DNA of 64,000 nt from Candidatus Latescibacterota bacterium. Its GTDB lineage: Bacteria > Latescibacterota > UBA2968 > GCA-2709665. This document shows positions 31,186 through 40,884 of the stretch, in pieces. The stretch is from the NCBI GenBank assembly GCA_965219455.1, contig OZ244744.1, positions 3,360,001-3,424,000 on the forward strand, in the 5' to 3' direction. A program made the position numbers and the translations under genes. The notes beneath the pieces were generated by a model that did no database searches, had not been told where the DNA came from, and worked only from the letters and a program-made list of their open reading frames with translations. Numbering within the stretch: the first letter of the stretch is position 1; each line of letters starts with the position of its first letter.

Positions 31186-31261
31186 GGACCGGGAACGGGA
31201 ATTCGGGATACGGAAGGAAAGGTATGCCGTTTCCCTTCCGGATCCCGGCTTCTCCATCCCG
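31186..31261. repeat. 7-bp-periodic imperfect inverted repeat (hairpin)
   Basis: Purine arm gggaccg ggaacgg gaattcg ggatacg gaaggaaa pairs with pyrimidine arm tttcccttccggatcccg... Confidence 0.5.
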
Positions 31262-31280
31262 TGGCTTACCGGCTATCGCA

Positions 31281-31616
31281 ATGTTTCTGTTTCTCATCCT
31301 ACTCCATCGCGAAGACCTCCTTGACGAGGTCCTTTCCGGTCTCGTGGAAATGGAAATCACGGGTGCCACGGTTCTGGATGGAAACGCCATGGAGCGCATC
31401 CTGGCCGAGGATGTGCCCATTTTCGCCGGGTTGTTGCAGGCCGGACCCGGCCGTACGAGCGCTATTATCGCATCCGTTGAGGATCGCTCCGCGCTCGATC
31501 CGCTCATCCGTCTCTTACGAGAAACGGGTGTCGACTTCACACAACCGGGCGTCGGCAGACTCTTTCTGTTGCCCGTTGATTTTTACCTCGGCCCGGCCGG
31601 CGAAGAAACTCCATGA
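31281..31616 (+). CDS. P-II-like small regulatory protein
   Basis: LLHREDLLDEVLSGL...ITGATVLDGNAM...PIFAGL...PGVGRLFLLPVD matches GlnB-like fold signatures; ATGA-coupled to next gene. Confidence 0.65.
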   Translation: MFLFLILLHREDLLDEVLSGLVEMEITGATVLDGNAMERILAEDVPIFAGLLQAGPGRTSAIIASVEDRSALDPLIRLLRETGVDFTQPGVGRLFLLPVDFYLGPAGEETP

Positions 31617-32800
31617 AACTGGTCTCCGCCGCCATTCTGATCGTCGTTATCGCCTTTGTCGGTTCCCGGCTCAGCTTCGTCCATATCCGTCTGCCGCTGG
31701 GCATCAGGAATCTCTTTCTAACAGGCATTGAATACCTCCTGGTCGGCCTTCTCCTCGGTGGCGCCGCGCTCGATCTGCTCGATGCACCGACCCTCGACGG
31801 CCTCTATCCATTTATGGGCATGGGTCTCTCATGGATCGGTATGCTCTTCGGCATTCAGTGGGAGTTTCGACGGCTGAGCCATATTCCCCCACGGGTATTC
31901 GGCATTGCGCTCGTCCAGAGCCTGATCACCATCTTCGTTGTCGTTGTTCCCTTTTTCCTGATTTTCCGCCTCCTCTTTTCGCACGAAACGGAACTGTTGC
32001 TGGTCGGCGCCGTCACCTTGGCCGCCGCGGCATCGGGTACGGCATCCAGCGGTCTGGCGCTATTTGCCCGAAACACACGGTCTTCCGCGCGGCCCCTGAT
32101 GCGGCTTCTCAAGAACGTCTCGAATATCGACGATCTGGTGGGCCTCACCGCCTTCGGTCTCATATCCTGTCTGGCCGTTCTGCATCCCGGCACATCCACC
32201 GTCATCTGGATCGGCATCTCCGTGGGGCTCGGACTCACCGTTGGTCTGCTGGTCGTCGTCCTCACCACCTATCGCCTCAAGGACGAGGAGATGCTTCTGG
32301 TCGTCATGGGCGCCATAACCTTCTCCGGGGGGCTGGCACTGTATCTCAGCCTATCTCCTCTCCTCGTCAACCTCATCGCCGGCGTCATTGTCGCGAACAT
32401 GGCAAGGGGCCGTGCGAGAGCCGGCATTCGCAACGTGCTCTTGAGGGGCGAACACTCCATCTACATCCTCTTTCTCATCCTGGTGGGCGCGGGATGGCTC
32501 ATCGACTCGGTCTGGCTTCTGGCACTGGTGCCCGTCTACGTCCTCGTCCGAACCCTTGGCAAGACCCTTGGCGGCTTCGTTTCCGTTCGCCTCTTTCTGC
32601 GGGAGTCGCGAGCGGTGAGCGGATTGGGCCTCGGCCTGCTGTCTCACGGTGGAATGGCCGTGGCCATCGTGGTCAATCTGCACCAGATCCACCGCTCTGA
32701 GCTTACCGATGCCGTGATTTCAGTCGTGCTGCCGGGCATCCTCGTCAGCGAACTCATCGCTCCGGCCTCGACCCGCCGCCTGCTGGAAAAAATCTCGTGA
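31613..32800 (+). CDS. Cation:proton antiporter (CPA2-like) subunit A
   Basis: About 12 hydrophobic segments, IDD motif, LSPLLVNLIAG, RTLGK, GLLSHGGMAVAI. Confidence 0.8.
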   Translation: MKLVSAAILIVVIAFVGSRLSFVHIRLPLGIRNLFLTGIEYLLVGLLLGGAALDLLDAPTLDGLYPFMGMGLSWIGMLFGIQWEFRRLSHIPPRVFGIALVQSLITIFVVVVPFFLIFRLLFSHETELLLVGAVTLAAAASGTASSGLALFARNTRSSARPLMRLLKNVSNIDDLVGLTAFGLISCLAVLHPGTSTVIWIGISVGLGLTVGLLVVVLTTYRLKDEEMLLVVMGAITFSGGLALYLSLSPLLVNLIAGVIVANMARGRARAGIRNVLLRGEHSIYILFLILVGAGWLIDSVWLLALVPVYVLVRTLGKTLGGFVSVRLFLRESRAVSGLGLGLLSHGGMAVAIVVNLHQIHRSELTDAVISVVLPGILVSELIAPASTRRLLEKIS

Positions 32801-34113
32801 GGCTAATTCTCGTTTTTGCGGCCCTGAGTTTGCTCATGGCTTGGGCCGGAGCAACCCCTTCCGGCGACGCTCCCGGGGCTTACACTACCCTTGTTGTGGG
32901 GCTGCTTCTGCTCTCTGGCCATGTGGCTGGCCATGTCCTTTCCAGGCTGCGCCTGCCACGGATCACCGGATACCTCTGCGTGGGCATGCTCACGGGACCG
33001 TATCTTTTGGGTTTCCTCACGAGAGAAGCCGTCGGCCAACTCGGCTTTCTGAACGAACTGGCGGTTACCTTCATCGCACTGGCGGCAGGCGGCGAACTGC
33101 GGGTTGCCGATCTGAAGGACCGGATGAAAGTCATCCTCCTTACGATACTTTCGCTCACAGCCATCGTCTTTTCCATTGTCACCGTGTTCGTTTGGTTTAC
33201 GCGATCACTGCTTCCGTTCACCGCCGCCTTTTCGAGTCTCCAGGTGCTGGCGGTGGGCATGCTCTTCGGGGTACTTGCCGTAGCGCGGTCGCCGTCCAGC
33301 GCTATCGCCATTATCAACGAAACCCGGGCACTGGGTCCCTTCACGGAGACCGCACTCGGCGTCACCGTGGCGCTGGATGTCCTCGTGATCGTACTCTTTG
33401 GCGCAGCGATTTCCTTCTGTGAGGTCGTGATGACTCCCGCGGCCGCCCTGGATCCCGGATTCATCGCCGGCCTGAGTGTCGAAGTCCTCCTGGGTATCGG
33501 TGCGGGCGTGGTCGTGGGCCTGGCGCTGGGTTATTATATTGATCGGGTGCGGGCGAATCTCCCGCTTCTGCTGCTGGGCACGGCCCTGATGGTAACCAGC
33601 ATCTCCCACGGCGTTCCCGCATATCTGAAAGAGTCTTTTAACCTCACGATTCACCTGGAACCCCTGCTGATCTGCGTTACCGCGGGCTTCACCGTGCAGA
33701 ACGTCTCCCGACAGGGTCCTCATTTCATAGAAGCGATCGAGTCCGTGAGCCTTCCCGTGTACGTGCTCTTTTTCACGCTGGCGGGAGCGGGCCTGAACCT
33801 GGACGCGCTGATGCAGACCTGGACCATCGCGCTTCTGCTCGTCGGCGTCAGAGCCGCCGCCATCTACGTGAGCGCGTACGCCGGCGGGCGCCTCGGCGGC
33901 GCCCCGCCGCGCTTCAACCGTATTGCGGGTATGGCCTATCTGACGCAGGCCGGCGTCAGCCTGGGACTGGCCCTGGAGGTCACCCGGCGCTTTCCGGGCT
34001 GGGGAGAGGCTTTCGTGACCGTGATCGTCGCGGTTATCGCCGTGAATCAGATGATCGGCCCCATCGCGATGAAACAGGCGCTGACCCGCGCCGGTGAGAC
34101 CCGTGAAATCTGA
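32797..34113 (+). CDS. Cation:proton antiporter (CPA2-like) subunit B
   Basis: LPRITGYL, AGGEL, ARSPSSAIAII, ALD, TQAGVSLGL, NQMIGP; GTGA overlap with subunit A. Confidence 0.85.
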   Translation: MRLILVFAALSLLMAWAGATPSGDAPGAYTTLVVGLLLLSGHVAGHVLSRLRLPRITGYLCVGMLTGPYLLGFLTREAVGQLGFLNELAVTFIALAAGGELRVADLKDRMKVILLTILSLTAIVFSIVTVFVWFTRSLLPFTAAFSSLQVLAVGMLFGVLAVARSPSSAIAIINETRALGPFTETALGVTVALDVLVIVLFGAAISFCEVVMTPAAALDPGFIAGLSVEVLLGIGAGVVVGLALGYYIDRVRANLPLLLLGTALMVTSISHGVPAYLKESFNLTIHLEPLLICVTAGFTVQNVSRQGPHFIEAIESVSLPVYVLFFTLAGAGLNLDALMQTWTIALLLVGVRAAAIYVSAYAGGRLGGAPPRFNRIAGMAYLTQAGVSLGLALEVTRRFPGWGEAFVTVIVAVIAVNQMIGPIAMKQALTRAGETREI

Positions 34114-34399
34114 TCATCAATGATGTTCGACAACGCTGCTCGCCATCACTGGCGAGAGCCGGAGTGCGCGGGTTCCCGTTGTGAGACCAGCCTTACACCG
34201 CGCGGGACCGACTAACCATTTCCAACGTTAGATAATTCCTCATCATTTAACTTGCCGTACTCCCGTAATGGTTTACATTGACGTATAATGGTTGATGTTA
34301 AAATAATGAAGGCTTTCGCGACGAATTGGCGCGATTTTTCCGGAAAGGCATCTCCCGGAGAAAATTAGCGCTGTAAGGAAATGGAAGGAAAATTACCGC

Positions 34400-35970
34400 A
34401 TGTCTGAAGAGGGAAAACAGCAGCCGCCGGCGGATGTCCGGCAATACCGCAGGCTGTTCGGGCTGGAAATCTATCTGACGCCAGTGTTTGTGATTTCCAG
34501 TATTACCATTGTCGCCTTTGTTTTCGTGGCTCTTGTTTTCCAGGAAGCCGCGACGGAAGTTTTCAAGGCGGCCCGCGTATGGCTTACCACGAGTCTGGAT
34601 TGGTTTTTCATTATCTCCGCCAACCTCATCCTGTTGTTCTGCCTCTATGTCGCCATATGCTTGGAAGGGTGCGTCTGGGAGGGGCTCACGCGAAACCGGA
34701 ATACTCGAATTCGACCTGGCTTGCCATGCTCTTCGCGGCGGGCGTGGGCATCGGACTGTTGTTTTTCGGGGTGGCGGAGCCGGTCTACTACTTCAAGAAC
34801 CCTCCGCTGGGCATCGCTCCGGGAACAGACGAGGCCGCCATCACCGGTATCGCCGCCACGGCGTTTCACTGGGGCCTCCACGGCTGGGCGATCTACGGCG
34901 TCGTGGGACTCGCGCTCGGCTACTTCGCGTACAACCGCGGGTTGCCGTTCACGATCCGCTCGGCTTTCTATCCCCTTTTGGGCGACCGCGTCTGGGGCTG
35001 GCCGGGACACGTCATCGACACCTTTGCCATATTTGCGGGGTTGTTCGGGCTTGCCACCTCCCTCGGCCTGGGGGTTCGGCAGGTAACGTCAGGGTTCAAC
35101 TATCTGTTCGATATTCCCGCGAACAACACGACCATGGTGGTCTTGATCGTCGTCATCACGTCCATCGCGCTGACATCGGTGCTGACCGGTATCGACGTGG
35201 GTATCAAGCGTCTGAGCCAGTTCAACGTCATTCTCGCGCTTCTGTTGCTGCTGGCCGTGATTCTGCTTGGCCCGACCGGTTACACATTCCGCTGTATCGT
35301 TGCCGGACTTGGCAGCTACGTGGTGAACTTAGGCCCCCTCAGCAACTGGATCGGGCGCGAGGATACCGGTTTCGTTCAGGACTGGACCACCTTCTATTTT
35401 GCGTGGTGGTTTGCATGGGCGCCGTTCGTGGGAACGTTTATCGCCCGCGTTTCAAAGGGGCGCACGGTTCGCGAATTCGTTGTCGTCGTGTTGCTTGTGC
35501 CCACACTGCTGTGTCTGTTGTGGTTCGGCGCCTTTGGCGGTACCGCGTTCCACCAGCACATTGTAGATGGATATGAGGGTGTCACCGGGAATGTCGAGGC
35601 ATGGAAGCTCGAAATCGCACTGTTTAAAATGCTTGACAAATTGCCGATGTCGACGCTGCTTTCGTCCGTCGCGATACTTCTGACCATCGTCTTTTTCGTG
35701 ACGTCGTCGGACTCCGGGTCGCTCATTATCGACACCATTGCGGCCGGCGGCCGGGTTGACGCGCCGGTGGCACAGCGCGTTTTCTGGTGTACAATCGAGG
35801 GGTTGGTGGCGATCGCGCTCCTGCTTGGCGGAGGATTGGAGGCGTTGCAGGCCGCCTCCCTGGCAACCGGTTTGCCGTTCGCCATTGTCCTGGTGGCAAT
35901 GGCGGTCTGCCTCTGGAAAGGACTCCGGGACGAAACGCACCGAGAAAAAATCGCCAATGGGCGGATGTGA
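34400..35970 (+). pseudogene. BCCT family (betaine/choline/carnitine) transporter with frameshift near 34658
   Basis: N-terminal TMs in the frame of 34400; LGRVRLGG...AMLFAAGVGIG...FHWGLHGWAIY...WWFAWAPFVGTFIARVSKGRT in the frame of 34579; frames switch at gccata-tg-cttgga. Confidence 0.8.
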
Positions 35971-36040
35971 ATGCCGTGCCCGAGGTAAGAGAAACAGGCC
36001 GATATCAAGGTGCGCCTGAATCGACAAAGGAGAAAATCCT

Positions 36041-39000
36041 ATGAGTTTCCGAGGTACGTACATTTCGTTTCTGATATGCGCGGCAACGCTTCTCCACGCG
36101 CATACGGTAGTGGGACAGACGAAGGGTACCGTTGCGGGCACCGTGGTCGACATGGAGAGCGGGGACCCGTTGGAAGGCGCAAACGTTTCTATCGCAATCC
36201 TGAACCTCGGCACCGCGTCGGACGCGCAGGGCCGGTTTACCATCCTCAACGTGCCGCCCGGCGCCCACGAACTTAGGGTGGACCTGATCGGCTACCCGCC
36301 GGTAACGCGCGCGATCACCGTGACCGCCGGAGCGACGCTGACCGTCACGTTGCAGATGGAACTTACCATGCTCTACATGGACGAACTGGTGGTGACCGGC
36401 ACGGCCTTCAAGGAATCCCCCATCAACCTGCCCTACGCGGTTGCCGTGGTCGGGCGGGTAAAAATGGCCGAGCAGGGCTCTCCGCAGGCCGTGGATTTTT
36501 TCAAAAACCTGGGCGCGAGCCACGGCGTGATCGGCGAGCGGAGCAGCTGGTACAACGCCGGCCAGGCCGCCACCCTTACGGAGAGCATCGCTAACGTCAA
36601 CCTGCGGGGGCTCGGGGCTTCGCGCACCCTGGTGCTGATCAACAGCCGCCGCCAGACCTACGTCCCCGCGCGCCTGATCGGCGGTCGCTTTGTGGATGTC
36701 AATGTGATCCCCTCCATCGCCATTGACCGGGTCGAAGTGCTCAAGGAGGGGGCCTCCGCCATTTACGGGTCGGATGCGGTGGCCGGCGTGGCCAATTTCC
36801 TTACGCGCAGCGACTTCGAGGGCTTTGAAGTCTCCGCCGCGCACGAATATTTCCCGGGCGCCGGCGATACCAACGGCGGTGCGATATGGGGTGGGAAACT
36901 CGGCGAAGCCCATGCGGTTGTTTCCGCGGAATGGCGTGGACGGCAAGCGTTGCCGGCCTCCGAAAGGGACTACCTGCTGCAGCCGTGGCACGGCGGCGGG
37001 CAGCGCCTGGGATGGTCGAGCCTGGGGAATCCCGGTACCTTCGCCATCGGGGCTCCCGCCCCGTGGACCGCCGCGATCCACGCGCCGCGCTGCGAGGAAT
37101 TCGGGGGCTTCCGGGAGTCCTGGACGTGCCGTTTCCGCTATCAGCAGTATGAGAATCTGATCGAGGACATGAGCCATACCCGCGCTTTCGCCGAGATCAA
37201 CGGTTCGCTGGACAATGGTACGGAGTATCACATCGAGGGCCTGTGGGCCATGGCCGAAATTGCCGATTGGTACACCACGCCCTCCTATCCCCCGTTCCCC
37301 CTGACGGACACGAGTATCCAGGAAGTCGCGCCCGACCACCCGGGCCGGGGGGCATTCTGCCACGACTACGGCGCCGATCCGTCCGACCCATACTACGAGG
37401 CGTGCCAGGGCGGCGAGAACTGGTATTTCAACGGTCGTCCGTTCGGAAACTCGGGCCCCGGGCGCACACTGGACCGCGACTCCCGCACGTTGCGATTGGC
37501 GGTCTCCGCGAATGGCGACTTCGAGGCATTCGGCGGGCGGGACGCGCAATTCGACGTGGGCCTGACCTATTCCCGCACCGAGGGCAACTACAACCTGCCG
37601 GGTGTGTACATCGAGCGGCTTTTCCTCGGCTTCCGGGGCTTCGGGGGGCCGCGTTGCGGCGTCGGCGTGGAGGCGGATCGCAGTTCCCTCGCCGGGATGC
37701 GGCTGGGCTCGCTCAGCGGCCAGGTGGCGGGTCAGGGTGACTGCCAGTACTACAATCCCTTCGGCAACGCCATCGAGTTCGCGGATCAACATGGTTCGCA
37801 ATATACAACGCAGGCGAATCCCGACTACCGCGCCGCCCTTGCCAACAGCCCCGAATTGCGGCAGTGGCTCAACCAGGAAGTCGATCTGCAAAGCGCAGCC
37901 GACCTGCTGGTCGCCGACGCGACGCTGACCGGAACCTGGGTCGAGGACGTCGTCAGTTACGCGGCGGGCTACCAGTTCCGTCAGTTCAATGCCAGCGGCG
38001 ATCCGAACGACGCCGGTGACGTGACCATCAACCCCTGTCCGGTTGTGGGCGACAATAACTGTTCAGCAGAGGACAGGTTCGGGCCCTACGCGTTCACCAA
38101 CGTGAATCGGCCTTATGATGAATCTCAGACGGTGCATCGCCTCTTTGCCGAGATTCCCCTGAGCCTGCAAGAGCGTTTTGACGTGCAACTCGCCGCCAAC
38201 TACGAGTTCCACGACGTGGCGAGCAGTTTCGATCCCAAGTTCGGGTGGCGCTATCAGCTGGTGGAATCCCCGGCCCAGTCCCTGTTCCTGCGCGGTTCGG
38301 TACAGACGACGTTCCGCACGCCGGCACTTGACGACGTGAATGAAAGCCCGCTTTCGACGCTCGAGTGGATCAATGAGACGGGCGCCTACCAGACGGTGGA
38401 CAGAATCGGGAGCAAGGATCTCAAACCCGAACGGGCGTTTACCTATAACGCGGGCCTCGCCCTGATCACGGAGGCGGGATTTGAAGCGACACTCGACTAC
38501 TGGAGTTACAATTTCAGCGATGTGATCGGTTCCATGCCCCACGGCGCCATTACCGCCTTGTACGCCGATGAAGCGAACAAGAACGCCCTGAAGCAATTCA
38601 TCGTCTGCCCGGACGGAATAGGTACCGGCACGTGCGCGGCCTCGGAACTCGAGCGGGTGCAAGTCGACGTCGTCAATTGGCCGGGGGTCAAGACCTCGGG
38701 GCTCGATTTGCATCTGGGCACGCGGACGCAGGCGGGAACGGGGAAATTTGCGGCGAGCCTGGACGGCACCTATACGCTGGCGTACGAGACAAAGGCCCTG
38801 ATGCACGGCAGCCTGGTGCTCCAGGAGGAGGCGGACGTCGCCGGCTACCTGAACTTCGGAAATCCGATCGCGACGTCGCTTCCCAAGTTCAAAGCCCGGA
38901 TATCGGGCACCTATTACTGGCAGGACTACAGTGTCGCGAGCTATCTGAACTACATATCGTCATACGAGGACCGGGGTTCGATGGGCTCCGATAATTCGCA

Positions 39001-39217
39001 GATCAAGAGTCTGTTCGGTACCATTGAATCGTTTGTCACCTGGGACGTGACTTTCCTGTGGAACATGCCCAACGGGATGAACATCGCGTTTTCCGGGATG
39101 AATCTGCTCGACACAATGCCTCCACTCGTGAACATCGAGCAGGCCTACGACGGCTTCACCCACGATCCCAAGGGACGGCGTCTAAAGCTGGCGGTAACCT
39201 ATACCCTCGGACAGTGA
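36041..39217 (+). CDS. TonB-dependent outer membrane receptor
   Basis: Signal peptide, carboxypeptidase-regulatory-like N-domain, ELVVTG TonB box, NLRGLGASRTLVLINSRR plug, IDRVEVLKEGASAIYGSDAVAGV. Confidence 0.95.
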   Translation: MSFRGTYISFLICAATLLHAHTVVGQTKGTVAGTVVDMESGDPLEGANVSIAILNLGTASDAQGRFTILNVPPGAHELRVDLIGYPPVTRAITVTAGATLTVTLQMELTMLYMDELVVTGTAFKESPINLPYAVAVVGRVKMAEQGSPQAVDFFKNLGASHGVIGERSSWYNAGQAATLTESIANVNLRGLGASRTLVLINSRRQTYVPARLIGGRFVDVNVIPSIAIDRVEVLKEGASAIYGSDAVAGVANFLTRSDFEGFEVSAAHEYFPGAGDTNGGAIWGGKLGEAHAVVSAEWRGRQALPASERDYLLQPWHGGGQRLGWSSLGNPGTFAIGAPAPWTAAIHAPRCEEFGGFRESWTCRFRYQQYENLIEDMSHTRAFAEINGSLDNGTEYHIEGLWAMAEIADWYTTPSYPPFPLTDTSIQEVAPDHPGRGAFCHDYGADPSDPYYEACQGGENWYFNGRPFGNSGPGRTLDRDSRTLRLAVSANGDFEAFGGRDAQFDVGLTYSRTEGNYNLPGVYIERLFLGFRGFGGPRCGVGVEADRSSLAGMRLGSLSGQVAGQGDCQYYNPFGNAIEFADQHGSQYTTQANPDYRAALANSPELRQWLNQEVDLQSAADLLVADATLTGTWVEDVVSYAAGYQFRQFNASGDPNDAGDVTINPCPVVGDNNCSAEDRFGPYAFTNVNRPYDESQTVHRLFAEIPLSLQERFDVQLAANYEFHDVASSFDPKFGWRYQLVESPAQSLFLRGSVQTTFRTPALDDVNESPLSTLEWINETGAYQTVDRIGSKDLKPERAFTYNAGLALITEAGFEATLDYWSYNFSDVIGSMPHGAITALYADEANKNALKQFIVCPDGIGTGTCAASELERVQVDVVNWPGVKTSGLDLHLGTRTQAGTGKFAASLDGTYTLAYETKALMHGSLVLQEEADVAGYLNFGNPIATSLPKFKARISGTYYWQDYSVASYLNYISSYEDRGSMGSDNSQIKSLFGTIESFVTWDVTFLWNMPNGMNIAFSGMNLLDTMPPLVNIEQAYDGFTHDPKGRRLKLAVTYTLGQ

Positions 39218-39245
39218 CAGCCCGTTTTTGAAAACGAATTTGAAG

Positions 39246-39278
39246 AAGGCATCCGTGAGTCTGGCGGATGCCTTTTCC
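39246..39278 (+). terminator. Rho-independent terminator
   Basis: AAGGCATCCG-9nt-CGGATGCCTT followed by TTCC. Confidence 0.7.
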
Positions 39279-39328
39279 ATTGTGGTTGCGCAGCCAATGA
39301 ACCCATACTGCCGCGGCCCAGGAAAGCG

Positions 39329-39357
39329 TTGCAATCTCAATTCTCGAACGGCATATT
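39329..39357 (+). promoter_or_regulatory. Candidate sigma70 promoter for dCMP deaminase operon
   Basis: TTGCAA-17nt-CATATT. Confidence 0.45.
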
Positions 39358-39474
39358 AACGACGTTCGCGCGGCGCCGCGAAACAATTCGAGGACCGGGA
39401 CCCCGGATTCTCTCCGGCCCGGGAACAGGCGGCCCGCCTCCGCCGCGTCCGTTTCCACGTCACCGGAAAATTAC

Positions 39475-39969
39475 ATGAACAAACGCGAAGACTATCTCTC
39501 GTGGGACGAGTATTTCATGGGCGTTGCGCTGCTTTCCGCCCTGAGAAGCAAGGACCCCAACACCCGCGTGGGCGCGTGCATCATCAACGAAAAAAAGAAA
39601 ATCGTGGGCATCGGCTACAACGGCCTGCCCATCGGTTGCTCGGACGACGAGTATCCGTGGGCAAGAGAGGGCGACTTTCTCAATACCAAGTACCCGTACA
39701 TCTGCCACGCCGAACTCAACGCGATCCTGAACAAGATCGACACGAACCTCTACAACTGCACGATCTACGTCACCCACTTTCCCTGCAACGAATGCGCCAA
39801 AGTCATCATTCAATCGGGCATACGGGAAGTCATCTACCTGGCGGACAAATACGCCGAGACCGACGCCGTCCGAGCCTCCAAACGCATGTTCAACAGCGCC
39901 GGCGTGGACTACCGCCAACTCACCGGGTACCGCGAACACCTGCACATCGAATTCAGAGACCTGGCCTGA
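39475..39969 (+). CDS. dCMP deaminase (ComEB/DCTD family)
   Basis: WDEYFM, RSKDP, VGACI, GYNG, HAELNA, PCNECAK. Confidence 0.95.
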   Translation: MNKREDYLSWDEYFMGVALLSALRSKDPNTRVGACIINEKKKIVGIGYNGLPIGCSDDEYPWAREGDFLNTKYPYICHAELNAILNKIDTNLYNCTIYVTHFPCNECAKVIIQSGIREVIYLADKYAETDAVRASKRMFNSAGVDYRQLTGYREHLHIEFRDLA

Positions 39970-39981
39970 AAGGAATCCGTT

Positions 39982-40818
39982 ATGACCGCCGGCGAAACCT
40001 GGCTGCCCGAGGGATCGGACCTTAAAACCGTCACCTCAAGGTACGGCAATCCGCTCAGCGCCCTGTCAAGGGCCGAGATACCGGCCATTCTTCTGCAGCA
40101 GGCCTACAACCCTGACCACTGCGCGGGCCTCATCCGCCGTTTCATAGATCGGGGCCTGATGCGGGATCCGGCGGACACGGAATCCGACGACACGCGCACC
40201 CGTATCGACATCGGCACCAGCCTGGGCAACCGGGGCAACGACCAGGAAGATTTTCTTCAACACGCCGCCCTGACACGGGACCTTTTTGGACATCTCTTCG
40301 ACGGTTTCGACAACCCCGTCGATGTCATTTATGACAGCCTCGCTGCCCTCGCCGGGCGCAAACGGGTCGTCACGGCGCGCGAACCGGACGGGCGCGTCTA
40401 CGGACCCGCCATCTTCCGCATCCACTACACCCATCACACCTACCAGCCGCACATTGACCACGTCAGCTTGCGTGAAAAGCGGTTCAATTACGCGGTCTCC
40501 CGGTTCGAGCACCAGTTCGCCGGCGTGCTCTGCTTTCAGAACGCGGCCCAGGCCGGCCCCGCAACCCAGGCCATCCTGCATCGCTGCCTGTGGACGGAAG
40601 ACGTCGAATCCCACGTCGCCGCAAATGCCTTTCACGAATACGCCCGGCAGAACCACATTGAAAACTACCGCGTCGACCTCGAGCCGGGCGACCTCTACTT
40701 CTTCAACACCCGCTGCATCCACGAGGTCCACGCGGTCGAGGGAACCGACCCCAGAATCGTGCTGGCCGTCTTCATCGGCTATTCCGAAGATGACGGCGAG
40801 GTCTACGTCTGGTCGTAG
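39982..40818 (+). CDS. Putative Fe(II)/2-oxoglutarate-dependent dioxygenase
   Basis: HID...GDLYFFN...HEV...R facial-triad pattern. Confidence 0.7.
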   Translation: MTAGETWLPEGSDLKTVTSRYGNPLSALSRAEIPAILLQQAYNPDHCAGLIRRFIDRGLMRDPADTESDDTRTRIDIGTSLGNRGNDQEDFLQHAALTRDLFGHLFDGFDNPVDVIYDSLAALAGRKRVVTAREPDGRVYGPAIFRIHYTHHTYQPHIDHVSLREKRFNYAVSRFEHQFAGVLCFQNAAQAGPATQAILHRCLWTEDVESHVAANAFHEYARQNHIENYRVDLEPGDLYFFNTRCIHEVHAVEGTDPRIVLAVFIGYSEDDGEVYVWS

Positions 40819-40884
40819 TGCTCTGTCGCGTCCACTCGCTGTTGCCTGATACGAAACCGAGGTCGGATCCCAGGAGTCGCCGAC

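Noticed and set aside
36005-37891. 628-aa minus-strand ORF
   Set aside because: Antisense to the TonB receptor; no recognisable domain.
39475-39969. Anti-phage dCTP deaminase
   Set aside because: Short stand-alone housekeeping-type dCMP deaminase without the kinase-like domain, in a non-defence context.
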